A stretch of DNA of 64,000 bases from Candidatus Hydrogenedentota bacterium (lineage in GTDB: Bacteria > Hydrogenedentota > Hydrogenedentia > Hydrogenedentales > SLHB01): assembly GCA_963674865.2 (NCBI GenBank), contig CAXXYE010000004.1, positions 576,001 to 640,000 on the forward strand, in the 5' to 3' direction. Shown here piece after piece: positions 39,428 through 50,175 of this stretch. Numbering within the stretch: the first letter of the stretch is position 1; the number at the start of each line of letters is the position of its first letter. Made by a program: the position numbers and the translations under genes. A model generated the notes under the pieces. That model saw nothing but the letters and a program-made list of their open reading frames with translations. It had not been told where the DNA came from and searched no databases.

Positions 39428-40972
39428 ATGACCGCCCAAGCCGACCTCAATGGGGCGCACCACTCGCCAACGGGGGAATGCCCCCGTCCCCCCTGCGCGC
39501 ACTGCCCACATGCGTGCGATGGTGACGACAAACTCCATGATGAATGCGGCGTCTTCGGCATCCTAGGGCATCCCGACGCCGCGACCCTCACGTACCTCGG
39601 GCTGTATTCACTGCAGCACCGCGGCCAGGAGGGGGCCGGCATCGTCTGCTGCGAAGACGGACACCTCAACGTCTGCCGCGGGGTTGGACTTGTTTCCGAT
39701 GTGTTCAAGCCCCACCGCTTGGCCCACCTCAAAGGGACAACGGCCATCGGCCACGTCCGCTACTCAACGTTCGGCACCAGCATGCTCAAGAATGTCCAGC
39801 CGCTTGCGGTGGACTATGCCCGGGGCTCAATGGCCCTCGGCCACAACGGCAACCTCGTCAACGCCGCCCAACTACGCGAGCAACTCGAGGAAGACGGCGC
39901 GATTTTCCAGTCCACCACCGATAGCGAGGTGATCATCCAACTTGTCGCCCGCTCGAAACAAAAACGCTTCGCAGATTGTCTCATCGAGGCGTTGAAGCAG
40001 GTGCAAGGAGCCTACGCACTGCTGGCCACCAACGGCGAAGAAATTGTCGCCGCCCGCGATCCTCGGGGATTTCGGCCGCTATGGATTGGCCAGCTCGGCC
40101 AAGCCCACGTGTTCGCCAGCGAGTCATGCGCCCTGGATATCATCGACGCGACATGGGTGCGGGAGATCGAGCCCGGCGAGGTCGTCGTGGCCTCAAGAGA
40201 CGGCCTTGAGTTCCTCAAGCCTTTCCCACCGGCCGCACCGCAGCGGTGCATTTTCGAGTTTGTCTATCTGGCCCGGCCGGATAGCGTCATCTTCGGGGAT
40301 AGCGTGGACGATGTGCGCAAGCGGCTCGGAAGGAACCTGGCCCGCCTTGGCCCCGTGGACGCGGACCTGGTGATGGCGGTGCCCGATTCATCCAATCCCG
40401 CCGCCCTCGGATACTCCCATGAGTCGCGCATACCCTTTGACATGGGACTCATCCGAAATCACTACGTGGGCCGGACATTCATCGAGCCCGATCAGAAAAT
40501 CCGGGATTTCGGGGTGAAGATCAAGCTTAATCCCGCGCGAAGCGCCATCGAGGGCAAGCGAATTGTCCTAATCGACGACAGCATCGTGCGCGGCACCACG
40601 TCCCAAAAGCTCATCAAGCTCTTGCGCCGTAGCGGAGCGAAGGAGATCCACTTCCGGGTGAGCGCGCCCCCGATTGTCAACTCGTGTTTCTACGGTATCG
40701 ACACGCCGAACCGCGAACGGCTTATCGCCTCGCATATGAGCGTCGAGCAGATTCAGCAGTATCTCGAAGTGGATTCCCTGGTGTATCAGTCCATCGAGGG
40801 CCTGGTAGACGCCACCAACCAGCCTGCGGAGAGCTTCTGCCTGGCCTGCTTCAACAACCGCTATCCGACGCCAACGCCGATGGAATTCGAGACACACAGA
40901 CAAGTTCGCCGCCACCGCGACACCACAAGCGAACTCTACCATCAGAGCCGTTCCTCTATCGGCCCGGAGTGA
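39428..40972 (+). CDS. purF: Amidophosphoribosyltransferase
   Basis: DECGVFG, LQHRGQE, GHVRYST, HNGN, IDDSIVRGTT, CLACF. Confidence 0.97.
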   Translation: MTAQADLNGAHHSPTGECPRPPCAHCPHACDGDDKLHDECGVFGILGHPDAATLTYLGLYSLQHRGQEGAGIVCCEDGHLNVCRGVGLVSDVFKPHRLAHLKGTTAIGHVRYSTFGTSMLKNVQPLAVDYARGSMALGHNGNLVNAAQLREQLEEDGAIFQSTTDSEVIIQLVARSKQKRFADCLIEALKQVQGAYALLATNGEEIVAARDPRGFRPLWIGQLGQAHVFASESCALDIIDATWVREIEPGEVVVASRDGLEFLKPFPPAAPQRCIFEFVYLARPDSVIFGDSVDDVRKRLGRNLARLGPVDADLVMAVPDSSNPAALGYSHESRIPFDMGLIRNHYVGRTFIEPDQKIRDFGVKIKLNPARSAIEGKRIVLIDDSIVRGTTSQKLIKLLRRSGAKEIHFRVSAPPIVNSCFYGIDTPNRERLIASHMSVEQIQQYLEVDSLVYQSIEGLVDATNQPAESFCLACFNNRYPTPTPMEFETHRQVRRHRDTTSELYHQSRSSIGPE

Positions 40973-41002
40973 TCGGCAAGCCCCCTGTCTCGCACGTCCC
41001 CG

Positions 41003-42964
41003 CTACTTGACCGCTGAAGGAGCGCCTGCCCGCAAGTAGGCCCGCGCCGCGTCGGCGATGCCTTCCGCATCCAGCCCCCAACGGACAAGCTGCTCATGGC
41101 GCGTGGCGTGGGGGAGAAAGGCGTCCGGCAAACCCAGCCGGTGCACGCGGACTTCCTCAAGGCGTCCAATCTGCTCGAAGTACTCGAGCACCGCCGCGCC
41201 GAAGCCCCCCAGCAGAGCATTCTCCTCAACCGTAATCATCGGGATCGACTGGAGTCCTGAAAGAAGCTCCGTATCCAGCGGCTTCACGCGACGCGCATCC
41301 ACCACGCCCACAGAGAAGCCCTCCGTCGCCAGGATCTCCGCGGCCCCAAGACAGAAGCCCACACAAGGCCCCACTCCCAGGAGCGTAAGGTCCGTGCCTT
41401 CACGCAGCACTTGCCCCTTGGTGACGTCGCGGCTGTCAGGCGTGTCGTCCATAGGAATCGTCAGCGCCTTGCCGCGCGGATAGCGAATTGCCACCGGCCC
41501 CGGCTGCTTAAGCGCCCAGTCCACCATGGCCCGCAGGTCGAGGTCATCGCGCGGCGTAAGGACGGCTATGTTGGGAATAACTCGTAGATAGGAAAGGTCA
41601 AACGCCCCGGCATGGGTGGGGCTGTCCTCACCGACGAACCCGGCGCGATCGATAGCAAACACGACGGGGAGGTCCTGGAGACACACATCGTGGATCACCT
41701 GATCGTATCCACGTTGCAGAAACGTCGAGTAGATGGCGCAGACGGGATGAAAGCCCTGCGTGGCTAGTCCCGCGGCGAAGGTCACCGCGTGCTGCTCACA
41801 AATGCCGACGTCAAAGAACCGTTCAGGAAAGCGCTCCTGAAACTCGCTGAGTCCCGTACCGGTGGGCATGGCGGCCGTGATGCCCACCACACTCGGCTCG
41901 TTCTCGGCTACCTCGATAAGCGCCGAGGCGAAGGTGGCGGTAAAGGTCTTGGCCGGCAAGCGTTTACGCTCGGACTCCGGTGGCCGGGCCTCGCCCTCCA
42001 TTTCGCCGGTGCGCACGTCGTAGGGACTCACGCCATGGTACTTCTGAGGATCTTCCTCGGCGAAACTATATCCCTTTCCCTTCTGGGTGACGCAGTGAAG
42101 CAAGATCGGGCCGTGCATTCTCTTCAAGTTCGAGAGGAAGCCGATGAGCGTCGGCAGATCGTGTCCGTCCACCGGACCGATGTAGTTGAATCCAAGTTCC
42201 TGAAAGAGGCCGCCCGCCGTAAGAAAACCCTTCACGGACTGCTCGAAACGCTGAGCGGTCTTCGTGAGTTGCGAGCCCAGCATGCGCTTCAAGAAGCTCT
42301 GAACATCTTCCTTTGCACGGTTATACATGCCAGCCGTGATGAGGCGGTTGAAGTAGGCCGATAGCGCCCCGACGTTGCGCGAAATGGACATCTCGTTATC
42401 ATTCAGGATCACCAGGAGGTCCGTGCCGACGTGGCCGGCGTGACTCAGGGCCTCGAAAGCCATTCCTCCCGTCATCGCCCCATCCCCGATGAAGGCAATC
42501 ACGCGGTGATCCTCGCCGCGCCGATCGCGGCCAACAGCCATGCCGAGTGCCGCCGAGATCGAGGTGGAGCTATGGCCGACGCCAAAGGCGTCGTACTGGC
42601 TCTCGGCCATGCTCGGATAGCCGCTAAGACCGTCCTGTTTGCGGATCGTCTCGAAGCGCTCCCGGCGCGATGTCACCAACTTGTGGGCGTAGCATTGATG
42701 GCCCACATCCCAGACAATGCGATCCTTCTCGGCGTCGAAGACATAGTGCAAAGCCAAGGTCAGTTCGACGGCGCCCAGGGGCGATGCAAGATGGCCGCCG
42801 TTCACGGCCACCGTCTCGACGATCCTTCGGCGAATCTCCTCGGCCAGATGCTCTAAGTCCTCGAAGGAAAGCTCCTTAAGGTCCTTGGGACTGTCTATCT
42901 TATCCAGAAGCGGGGTCAGGACAGGCTCTTCCCGGCCCTGCATGTCATTCTTGCGCTTTGACAT
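41003..42964 (-). CDS. dxs: 1-deoxy-D-xylulose-5-phosphate synthase
   Basis: GGHLAS, WDVGHQCY, GHSSTSIS, GDGAMTGG, YIGPVDGH, IRYPRG; start 42964 or 42988. Confidence 0.97.
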   Translation of the reverse strand: MSKRKNDMQGREEPVLTPLLDKIDSPKDLKELSFEDLEHLAEEIRRRIVETVAVNGGHLASPLGAVELTLALHYVFDAEKDRIVWDVGHQCYAHKLVTSRRERFETIRKQDGLSGYPSMAESQYDAFGVGHSSTSISAALGMAVGRDRRGEDHRVIAFIGDGAMTGGMAFEALSHAGHVGTDLLVILNDNEMSISRNVGALSAYFNRLITAGMYNRAKEDVQSFLKRMLGSQLTKTAQRFEQSVKGFLTAGGLFQELGFNYIGPVDGHDLPTLIGFLSNLKRMHGPILLHCVTQKGKGYSFAEEDPQKYHGVSPYDVRTGEMEGEARPPESERKRLPAKTFTATFASALIEVAENEPSVVGITAAMPTGTGLSEFQERFPERFFDVGICEQHAVTFAAGLATQGFHPVCAIYSTFLQRGYDQVIHDVCLQDLPVVFAIDRAGFVGEDSPTHAGAFDLSYLRVIPNIAVLTPRDDLDLRAMVDWALKQPGPVAIRYPRGKALTIPMDDTPDSRDVTKGQVLREGTDLTLLGVGPCVGFCLGAAEILATEGFSVGVVDARRVKPLDTELLSGLQSIPMITVEENALLGGFGAAVLEYFEQIGRLEEVRVHRLGLPDAFLPHATRHEQLVRWGLDAEGIADAARAYLRAGAPSAVK

Positions 42965-43004
42965 AGCTGAAAACGGCAACTCCTTCATGAAGTGATATTC
43001 ACAA

Positions 43005-43013
43005 AGTATAGCA
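43005..43013 (-). promoter_or_regulatory. Extended -10 promoter for dxs
   Basis: Minus strand TGcTATACT. Confidence 0.5.
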
Positions 43014-43249
43014 CATGGTTCCCGCTAAACGTATTCATGACAAGCGCATGCGGGAACCGCCGTCCAGCGCGCAGGAGCAGGGATCCGGTGCGCGCGCAAG
43101 ACTCGCCCGGATGTCGCGCCCAAGGGTGCGCATCTGCTACACTTAACGACGCGGCGAGATAGCTTCTGCATCTCCCTTCACGCTTCCCTGGATCGCGCAG
43201 TCAAGACGACGCTTAACCCATCAATACAGCTAGGCAGGAGGTCGCCGGT

Positions 43250-44608
43250 ATGCCAGAATCTCACATGGAAGAGCCCTGGAAGGAGCTGGTGGCCGTCGTC
43301 GAGTCGGGCAATCCGCAGCGACTCGATGAGTACCTCGACTCGCTGTCGCCCGCGGAGATCGCCCGCGCCACATCGCGGCTGAGTGACGAGCAGCAGGCGG
43401 GCCTACTCGGCTTGCTCGAACCGGGAGACGCCGCCGACCTCCTCGAAGAGCTGTCCGATGCGCAAGGCGTGGACCTCCTCGAGGAACTCGACGCCTCCCG
43501 CGCCGCCGCCATCGTCGATGAGATGGAAACCGACGAGCGCGCCGACATTCTATCCGAGCTCGACGAAGAGGACGTCGAGGCCATCCTGCGGGAGATGGAT
43601 CCGGAGGAGGCTGAAGATGTCCGACATCTCATGACCTACCCCTCCGACACCGCCGGCGGGCGCATGGTGACGGACTTCCTCGTCTACCGCGACACCCAGC
43701 GCGTCGCCGATGTTCTCGCCGACCTGAAAGAGCACCACGAGGAGTACTCGGACTACACCGTGCAGTACGCCTACGTGACATCGGCAAGAGACGTATTGAT
43801 CGGCGTGGTACCTCTGCGTCAACTCGTCCTCGCGGCCAACGACACGCTCCTGCGCTCCATCATGATCGCCAATCCACTCAGTGTGCGGGTCGATGCACCT
43901 CTGGAAGAACTCGAGCACATGTTCGACCGCTATCCTTTCGTCGGCGTGCCCGTAATGGACGAGAAGGGCCGGCTCGTGGGCGTCGTACGGCGGGCCGACG
44001 CGGAAGAGGCTTTCGGCGAGCGTTCGGACAAGACCTTCATGCGCTTCAGCGGCATCATCGGCGGCGAAGAAATCCGCAGCATGCCAACGGCCTCACGCTC
44101 CCTCCGGCGGCTATCCTGGCTTGTGCTGAACATGGTTTTGAGCATCTCCGCAGCCTGCGTCATCCTCTTCTTCCAGGACACCATCGGCAAAGTGTTTGCC
44201 CTTGTCTTCTTCATGCCTATCATCTGCAATATGAGCGGCTGCTCAGGAAATCAGGCCGTGGCCGTCAGTATCCGCGAGATCACCCTCGGACTTATCACAC
44301 CTGCCGACTTCGTCCGCGTGCTCCTCAAAGAGTGCGTCATCGGCGTGGTTAACGGGCTCGTGCTGGGCGTGCTGCTGGCCCTCGTCGCTATGTTCATGTG
44401 GCGCGATGTCGCCCATCTAGGCCTGATCATAGGCGCAGCTTTCGCGCTGAATACACTCATTGCCGTCTCCCTCGGAGGGGTCGTCCCTCTGCTCTTGAAG
44501 CGCCTCAACATCGATCCCGCGATAGGCGCCCCGCCTATGCTGACAACCGTCACCGACATGTGCGGCTTCCTCCTCGTCCTGGGACTCGCAACCGCCGTGT
44601 TGCTCTAA
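43250..44608 (+). CDS. mgtE: Magnesium transporter MgtE
   Basis: Acidic N-domain, TAGGRM, CBS pair, five TM helices, DPA..PP.LTTVTD. Confidence 0.93.
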   Translation: MPESHMEEPWKELVAVVESGNPQRLDEYLDSLSPAEIARATSRLSDEQQAGLLGLLEPGDAADLLEELSDAQGVDLLEELDASRAAAIVDEMETDERADILSELDEEDVEAILREMDPEEAEDVRHLMTYPSDTAGGRMVTDFLVYRDTQRVADVLADLKEHHEEYSDYTVQYAYVTSARDVLIGVVPLRQLVLAANDTLLRSIMIANPLSVRVDAPLEELEHMFDRYPFVGVPVMDEKGRLVGVVRRADAEEAFGERSDKTFMRFSGIIGGEEIRSMPTASRSLRRLSWLVLNMVLSISAACVILFFQDTIGKVFALVFFMPIICNMSGCSGNQAVAVSIREITLGLITPADFVRVLLKECVIGVVNGLVLGVLLALVAMFMWRDVAHLGLIIGAAFALNTLIAVSLGGVVPLLLKRLNIDPAIGAPPMLTTVTDMCGFLLVLGLATAVLL

Positions 44609-44790
44609 CCGGCCTTCCGGCACAGCACCGGGCCGGCCCGCCGCAAAGGCTCCGCGCGCCTGATGTCTTGCCTCAGAGCTATCGCCCCTTGAAAGGTGGC
44701 GCGCGCGCTTCTAATATGCTGCGCTATCGAGTTTGGTCGGCATATCCGTATGGGCATGCAACACGGCTTTCGATTGGAGACCTCGCCTCA

Positions 44791-47544
44791 ATGGACAAAG
44801 ACACGCCGGGCAACCAAACTGCCGCCAATGAGATACACGCCGCCGACCTCCGCTGCAATTACCTCCGCGCGCCGCTAGGAATCGCCGATCCTCGGCCAAA
44901 GCTCACCTGGACGGTTACCGCCGATGGGGGAGAGGCTGTGCAGACAGCCTACCGCATCCACGTGGCCTCCAGCGAAGCGATACTAGGCCAAGCTCCCGAC
45001 ATCTGGGACAGCGGCAAAGTGATGACGGGGCAGGCCACGCAGATCATGTACGACGGGCCGCCGCTGACAAGTGGCCGGCGCGTCCATTGGGCGGTGCGGC
45101 TTTGGGACGAGAAAGGCCGCCCGGGCCCCCTTTCCAAAAGCGCATGGTGGGAGATGGGACTCCTCGATGAGCACGACTGGGAGGCAAGGTGGATCGCCGG
45201 CCCGGAGCCTTGTCCCATCTTTCGACGGGCGTTCGCCATGTCGCAGCCTGTCGCGCGGGCAAGACTCTACCTATGCGGCCAGGGCGTCTACGAGGCCTGG
45301 CTCAACGGCCATCCCGTGAGTGATGAGGTGCTCGGGCCGCAGTTAAGCAACTATCCCGTAAGGATGTTTTACGACACGTTCGATGTGTCCCATCTCCTGC
45401 AGCCGGGACGCAATGCAGTAGGCGTGTGCGTTGCCCCCGGCTGGTTCGGCGGAGAACGCACCAGCGAACCTATCAAAATGCCGGACGGGCCCCGTCACGC
45501 GCTCATTGCACAACTGGTGCTAACGTACGAAGACGGCACGCAGGAGAAGGTAGCTACAGACACCGGATGGAAAACCGCCGAGAGCGGCATAAAACCGGTC
45601 AAGAGCCATTGGGCGCACTGCTACGGGGAATCCGGAGAACGCTTCGACGCGTCATGCGAGCCGCCGACCTGGAAGGAAGCGGACTTTGACGACGGCGCCT
45701 GGCTGCACGCGCGCGTCATCAATCCTCCGACGCGGGCGCTGTGCCCACGGATGAACGAACCGAATCGCGTGGTCGAAACGGTGACGCCCGTAGCCGTGAC
45801 TCCGATACGGGAGTCACTGGATGCAGCCGAGTACGCTGCCATGATCAAGGCAGCAGGCAGTCGCAACTGGTCGCTGGAGACGATGGAGAATCCCGTCTTT
45901 GCCAAGGGCTGGACACCCGCGTTCAGCCAATCCTACCGGGAACACCAAGGCGCTTCCGTGTCGGGCTTTGAAGTCGATTTCGGCAAGCACATCTCAGGCT
46001 GGGCAAGGATGGACGTATCCGGGAGCGCGGGGGATACGGTGACGATGTTCGGCCTCGACCAGCATCGGCTGGGCGGCTCCGCCAAAGAAGTCGTCGGACA
46101 GCGCTTCATGCACCGGGCATTCCGCTATCTCCCGGTGCACTTCTCCGGCGGCGCGAAGAGGCCGCGTATCGAGAATATACGCGCCCTGTCGGTGCAGAAC
46201 GATATCCGCTCGGTGGGCACATTCGAGTGCTCATGCCCCGCCCTCAACCGAATCCACGATGCCGCCGCGCGCACATGGCGAGTCCATATGTTGAGCGGCA
46301 TGCCCATGGATTCCTGGCGGGAGCGCTTCGGCACCGGACTCATCGAGAACTGCGAATCGGCGTTCTACTGGAGCGACATGGGCGCTTTCTACACCAAGTG
46401 GCTACAAGATCATCGTGACAGCCAGCGTGAGGACGGCTATCTGAGCATTAGCGGCGGCCCCATCGCGTATGACTACTGGCAGCCAAACACAAGCAAGAGC
46501 GGCATTGTGCTTGTGCCGTGGCTAATGTACCTCCACTACGGAGATCGGCAGGTCGTGGCAGAGAATTATCCCGCGATGAAGCGCTGGCTTGACCTCTGCG
46601 CCCCGCCCGATGACGACGGCCCCACGTGGCGCCCTCCGGAGAACCACGGCGTGGCCGAGGCTGGCTACGGTGATCACGGCAGGCCTTCAGCACGGTGGTA
46701 CGATGCCCACGTCGGCGACTTGTTCGAGACGCTGCACACGATCCATTGCTTCCGTATGGCCCGGCAGATGGCCCAATTGCTCGGGGAAACTCAAGATGCC
46801 GAAGACTACGCCGCGATTCTGGCCCGCCTGAGGCGAAAAACTAACAGCTGCGCCTTTCTGGATCCGGCAAGCGGCCTATACGGTGAGGGAGACCAAGGCT
46901 GTCATGCCGCGGCCATCTGCGAGCACGTAGCGCCTGAGTCGCTGCGCGGCGAGGTCGAGAACGCGCTCATCGACGACATCATGACGAAGCGCCAAGGCCA
47001 CCTCAACACCGGCTTCATCGGCACCTGGTACCTCCTGAAGGCGCTTGTCGCGCTGGGACGGCCGGACGTGGCAATTACAGTCCTCTCAAACGAGACGCCC
47101 CCAAGCATAGCGACCATGCTGAGGCACCCGGACTCTCCCGAGGAACTCACCCTTTTGCCGGAATTCTTCTATGGCGGGATGATCCCGCATCCGGGCTGGT
47201 GCAGCGTCGGCTTCTGGTTCTACGAGTCCCTCGCGGGAATAAGGCCTGACTGGGCCATCCCCGGCTTCAGACGCATCGTGATTCACCCTCAACCGGCGCC
47301 CCATGTCGAATGGATCAAGGCCCGACACCATTCCATTGCAGGCGAAATCGGTTCGGAGTGGTCCTTGAGAGGCGGACGTTTGGAGCTGAAGGTGATCATT
47401 CCTCCCAACTGCTCGGCACAGGTGATCGTGCCTGCTCAAGGCCATGATGGCGTCAAAGCCCCCGACAGAGCCCGGTTCATGGGAATGGTTGGCTCGGAAC
47501 CGGCATTTGAGGTGGCGAGCGGAACCTGGACATTTGCTTCGTGA
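44791..47544 (+). CDS. Alpha-L-rhamnosidase (GH78)
   Basis: P.LTW..QTAYRI.VAS, WDSGKV, WWEMGLL, LCGQGVYE, DFGK, LNTGFIG; ATG 44791 with ggag RBS. Confidence 0.85.
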   Translation: MDKDTPGNQTAANEIHAADLRCNYLRAPLGIADPRPKLTWTVTADGGEAVQTAYRIHVASSEAILGQAPDIWDSGKVMTGQATQIMYDGPPLTSGRRVHWAVRLWDEKGRPGPLSKSAWWEMGLLDEHDWEARWIAGPEPCPIFRRAFAMSQPVARARLYLCGQGVYEAWLNGHPVSDEVLGPQLSNYPVRMFYDTFDVSHLLQPGRNAVGVCVAPGWFGGERTSEPIKMPDGPRHALIAQLVLTYEDGTQEKVATDTGWKTAESGIKPVKSHWAHCYGESGERFDASCEPPTWKEADFDDGAWLHARVINPPTRALCPRMNEPNRVVETVTPVAVTPIRESLDAAEYAAMIKAAGSRNWSLETMENPVFAKGWTPAFSQSYREHQGASVSGFEVDFGKHISGWARMDVSGSAGDTVTMFGLDQHRLGGSAKEVVGQRFMHRAFRYLPVHFSGGAKRPRIENIRALSVQNDIRSVGTFECSCPALNRIHDAAARTWRVHMLSGMPMDSWRERFGTGLIENCESAFYWSDMGAFYTKWLQDHRDSQREDGYLSISGGPIAYDYWQPNTSKSGIVLVPWLMYLHYGDRQVVAENYPAMKRWLDLCAPPDDDGPTWRPPENHGVAEAGYGDHGRPSARWYDAHVGDLFETLHTIHCFRMARQMAQLLGETQDAEDYAAILARLRRKTNSCAFLDPASGLYGEGDQGCHAAAICEHVAPESLRGEVENALIDDIMTKRQGHLNTGFIGTWYLLKALVALGRPDVAITVLSNETPPSIATMLRHPDSPEELTLLPEFFYGGMIPHPGWCSVGFWFYESLAGIRPDWAIPGFRRIVIHPQPAPHVEWIKARHHSIAGEIGSEWSLRGGRLELKVIIPPNCSAQVIVPAQGHDGVKAPDRARFMGMVGSEPAFEVASGTWTFAS

Positions 47545-47682
47545 CAGGCGCTACGGTGATGCGACGCTATGTTGCTACTGCTCCTGTTGGACAACGCCTT
47601 CCAAGTGGCCAACACACTGGATTCAAAGAACTTCGAATGAGCCTTCCTTTGCCGTCAAGCCATCGGAAATCGGTACGACTTC

Positions 47683-47712
47683 TTGACTTCCTTTCGCTTC
47701 GATTGCTACAGT
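47683..47712 (+). promoter_or_regulatory. Sigma70-type promoter for the trp operon
   Basis: TTGACT-N18-TACAGT with TG extension; short leader, no attenuator seen. Confidence 0.55.
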
Positions 47713-47776
47713 CCCGTATTCTTAGGCAGCGCAGTTTTTCTCATTCTTCACGTTCTGGACAACGGTCGAGGTAGGC

Positions 47777-48790
47777 ATGATTCAAGAAGCCATCGCCCTT
47801 GCGACACAAGGCAAAGACTTGACTCGCGCCCAGGCCGCCGAGGCAATGCGCGACCTGATGTCCGGGGCCGCAACGCCGGCGCAGATCGGCGGATTCCTTG
47901 TTGCGTTGCGCATGAAGGGGGAGAGCGTCAGAGAGATCACCGGTTTCGCGGAAACCATGCGGTCGATGGCCACTCCCATCGACACATCCCGCCGCCCGCT
48001 GGTGGATACCTGCGGCACGGGCGGGGACCACTCGGGCACGTTCAACGTTTCCACCACCGCGGCTTTCGTCGTGGCAGGGGCGGGCATCGCCGTCGCCAAA
48101 CACGGCAACCGCAGCGCGACCAGTAAGTGCGGCAGCGCCGATGTACTCGAGGCCCTCGGAGTCAACATCGACGCCTCGCCCGCGTGCGTCGGCCGGTGCA
48201 TCGACGACGTCGGCATCGGTTTCCTCTTCGCGCGAGCCCTGCACAGCGCCATGAAGCACGTGGCCGCCCCACGGCAGGAACTGAAAGTGCGCACCGTCTT
48301 CAACATCCTCGGGCCTCTTACCAACCCGGCCCGGGCCTGCGGCCAAGTCATGGGCGTATTCGACGCGGCCCTCGTCGAGCCGCTGGCGCGCGTACTGCTT
48401 AGTCTCGGAACGCGCCACGCCTTTGTCGTGGCCGGCTCGGACGGGCTGGACGAGCTCACCCTGGACGGAGCTTCTACCGTAGCGGAAACCATCGCCGGTG
48501 AAGTCAAGGCCTACGAGATCTCCCCAGGCGACTTCGGCCTGTCACGAGCCGGACGGGAGGCCATTCTCGGCGGTGACGCAGAGGCCAACGCACGGCTGCT
48601 TCGCAATGTGCTTGAAGGTCGGAAGGGACCTCACCGCGACATCGTGTTGCTCAACGCCGCCGCGGCCATCCGCGCCGGGAAGGACGACGCCGACTGGAAA
48701 GAAGCCATCGGCCTCGCTGAAAAGGCCATCGATTCCGGTGCGGCCTTGACAAAACTCGAAGCCCTTGTGAAGGCATCACATGATTCTTGA
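47777..48790 (+). CDS. trpD: Anthranilate phosphoribosyltransferase
   Basis: DTCGTGGD, TFNVST, AKHGNR, GSADVLE, DGLDE. Confidence 0.97.
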   Translation: MIQEAIALATQGKDLTRAQAAEAMRDLMSGAATPAQIGGFLVALRMKGESVREITGFAETMRSMATPIDTSRRPLVDTCGTGGDHSGTFNVSTTAAFVVAGAGIAVAKHGNRSATSKCGSADVLEALGVNIDASPACVGRCIDDVGIGFLFARALHSAMKHVAAPRQELKVRTVFNILGPLTNPARACGQVMGVFDAALVEPLARVLLSLGTRHAFVVAGSDGLDELTLDGASTVAETIAGEVKAYEISPGDFGLSRAGREAILGGDAEANARLLRNVLEGRKGPHRDIVLLNAAAAIRAGKDDADWKEAIGLAEKAIDSGAALTKLEALVKASHDS

Positions 48791-49562
48791 CGATATTTGC
48801 GCGCATAAGCGGGAAGAAGTCGCGGCAAGCAAGCGCGCCGTTCCCCCGGCGGAACTTGAGGAGCGTATTGCCGGTATCCATCCGCCTCGCGATTTCCGAG
48901 CGGCCCTTCGCGCCCCGGGCATCAGCCTCATCGCCGAGATCAAGCGCGCCTCACCGTCGAAGGGCGTGCTCATCGAAGACATGGATCCCGTGGACCTCGC
49001 CAATGTTTATGAACAGGCCGGGGCGCGGGCCATCTCGGTTCTTACGGACAGCCGATTCTTTCAGGGCTCCCTCGAGGACCTGACGGTTGTCCGCAAGGAC
49101 GTGGCCTTGCCGTGCCTTCGGAAGGATTTCGTCGTCGACCCGTACCAGTTGTACGAGGCCCGCGCGGCACATGCCGATGCCGTGCTCCTTATCGTCCGCG
49201 TCTTGGCGGATTCCCAATTGAAGGACTATCTGGCCCTGGCCGAAGAACTAGGCATGGCGGCCCTCGTCGAGACGCACAGTGCCGACGAGATCGAGCGCGC
49301 CATCGAGGTGGGTGCGCATATTATCGGTATCAACAACCGCGACCTGACGACCTTCGAGGTGAACGTCAACACCACGCTGGAACTGAAACGCCTGGTTCCC
49401 GGCGGACACGTCCTTGTCAGTGAGAGCGGCATCGAGACGCGCGAGCAAGTCCGCGCCCTCGAAGACGGCGGCGTGGACGCTATCCTCGTCGGCGAGACGC
49501 TCGTGACAAGCAAGAACATTCACGAAACCATCCGAGGACTCCTCGGCGATGACGAAAGTTAA
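48780..49562 (+). CDS. trpC: Indole-3-glycerol phosphate synthase
   Basis: IAEIKRASPSKG, LRKDF, GINNRDL, SESGI. Confidence 0.97.
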   Translation: MILDDICAHKREEVAASKRAVPPAELEERIAGIHPPRDFRAALRAPGISLIAEIKRASPSKGVLIEDMDPVDLANVYEQAGARAISVLTDSRFFQGSLEDLTVVRKDVALPCLRKDFVVDPYQLYEARAAHADAVLLIVRVLADSQLKDYLALAEELGMAALVETHSADEIERAIEVGAHIIGINNRDLTTFEVNVNTTLELKRLVPGGHVLVSESGIETREQVRALEDGGVDAILVGETLVTSKNIHETIRGLLGDDES

Positions 49563-50175
49563 GATCTGCGGCATCACGAGCCTCGAGGACGCCATGGCGG
49601 CGTGCGAAGCCGGCGCCGACGCCCTCGGCTTCAATTTCGCGCCGGAGGCCAAGAAGCGCAACCGGTTCATCGAACCTGAGGCCGCGCGCCGCATTATCGA
49701 GCAGTTGCCGCCCTTTGTGGCCGGCGTCGCCGTTTGTGTGAATGAGGAACCGCGCCGCATCCGCGAGTATCTCGAGTTTGTGGACTGGATCCAGTTTCAC
49801 GGCGAGGAAACGCCGGAGCAGTGCCGCGAGGCGGGATGCCGCGGCATCAAGGCGCTTCGCGTCGGCCCGAAGTTCGATCCGGAGGCCATGCGGGCCTATC
49901 CGACACCGGCCTTCTTGCTTGACGCCCATCTGCAGGGCGAGCGAGGCGGCACGGGCCGAACATGTGACTGGGCCGCCGCCCAAAGGGCCGTCGCCCTGGG
50001 CCGCCCGGTGTTGCTTGCCGGCGGACTGACGCCCGAGAATGTTGCCGAGGCCGTGAAGATCGTGCGGCCTTACGGAGTGGATACCGCCAGCGGCGTCGAA
50101 GCCGCTCCTGGAAAGAAGGATCATGACCGAATCAGAGCATTCGTCCGGAACGCCAAAGCACAGCTTTCCCGATAG
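49549..50175 (+). CDS. trpF: Phosphoribosylanthranilate isomerase
   Basis: [32 protein letters not shown]. Confidence 0.96.
   Translation: MTKVKICGITSLEDAMAACEAGADALGFNFAPEAKKRNRFIEPEAARRIIEQLPPFVAGVAVCVNEEPRRIREYLEFVDWIQFHGEETPEQCREAGCRGIKALRVGPKFDPEAMRAYPTPAFLLDAHLQGERGGTGRTCDWAAAQRAVALGRPVLLAGGLTPENVAEAVKIVRPYGVDTASGVEAAPGKKDHDRIRAFVRNAKAQLSR

Noticed and set aside
44398..44790. 131-aa N-terminal extension of the rhamnosidase ORF
   Set aside because: Overlaps mgtE in another frame; recognisable GH78 sequence and an RBS begin at ATG 44791.
47545..47776. trp attenuator leader peptide (a frame with three Trp codons)
   Set aside because: Trp codons are not tandem, there is no suitable start/RBS or terminator, and the likely promoter lies downstream of them.
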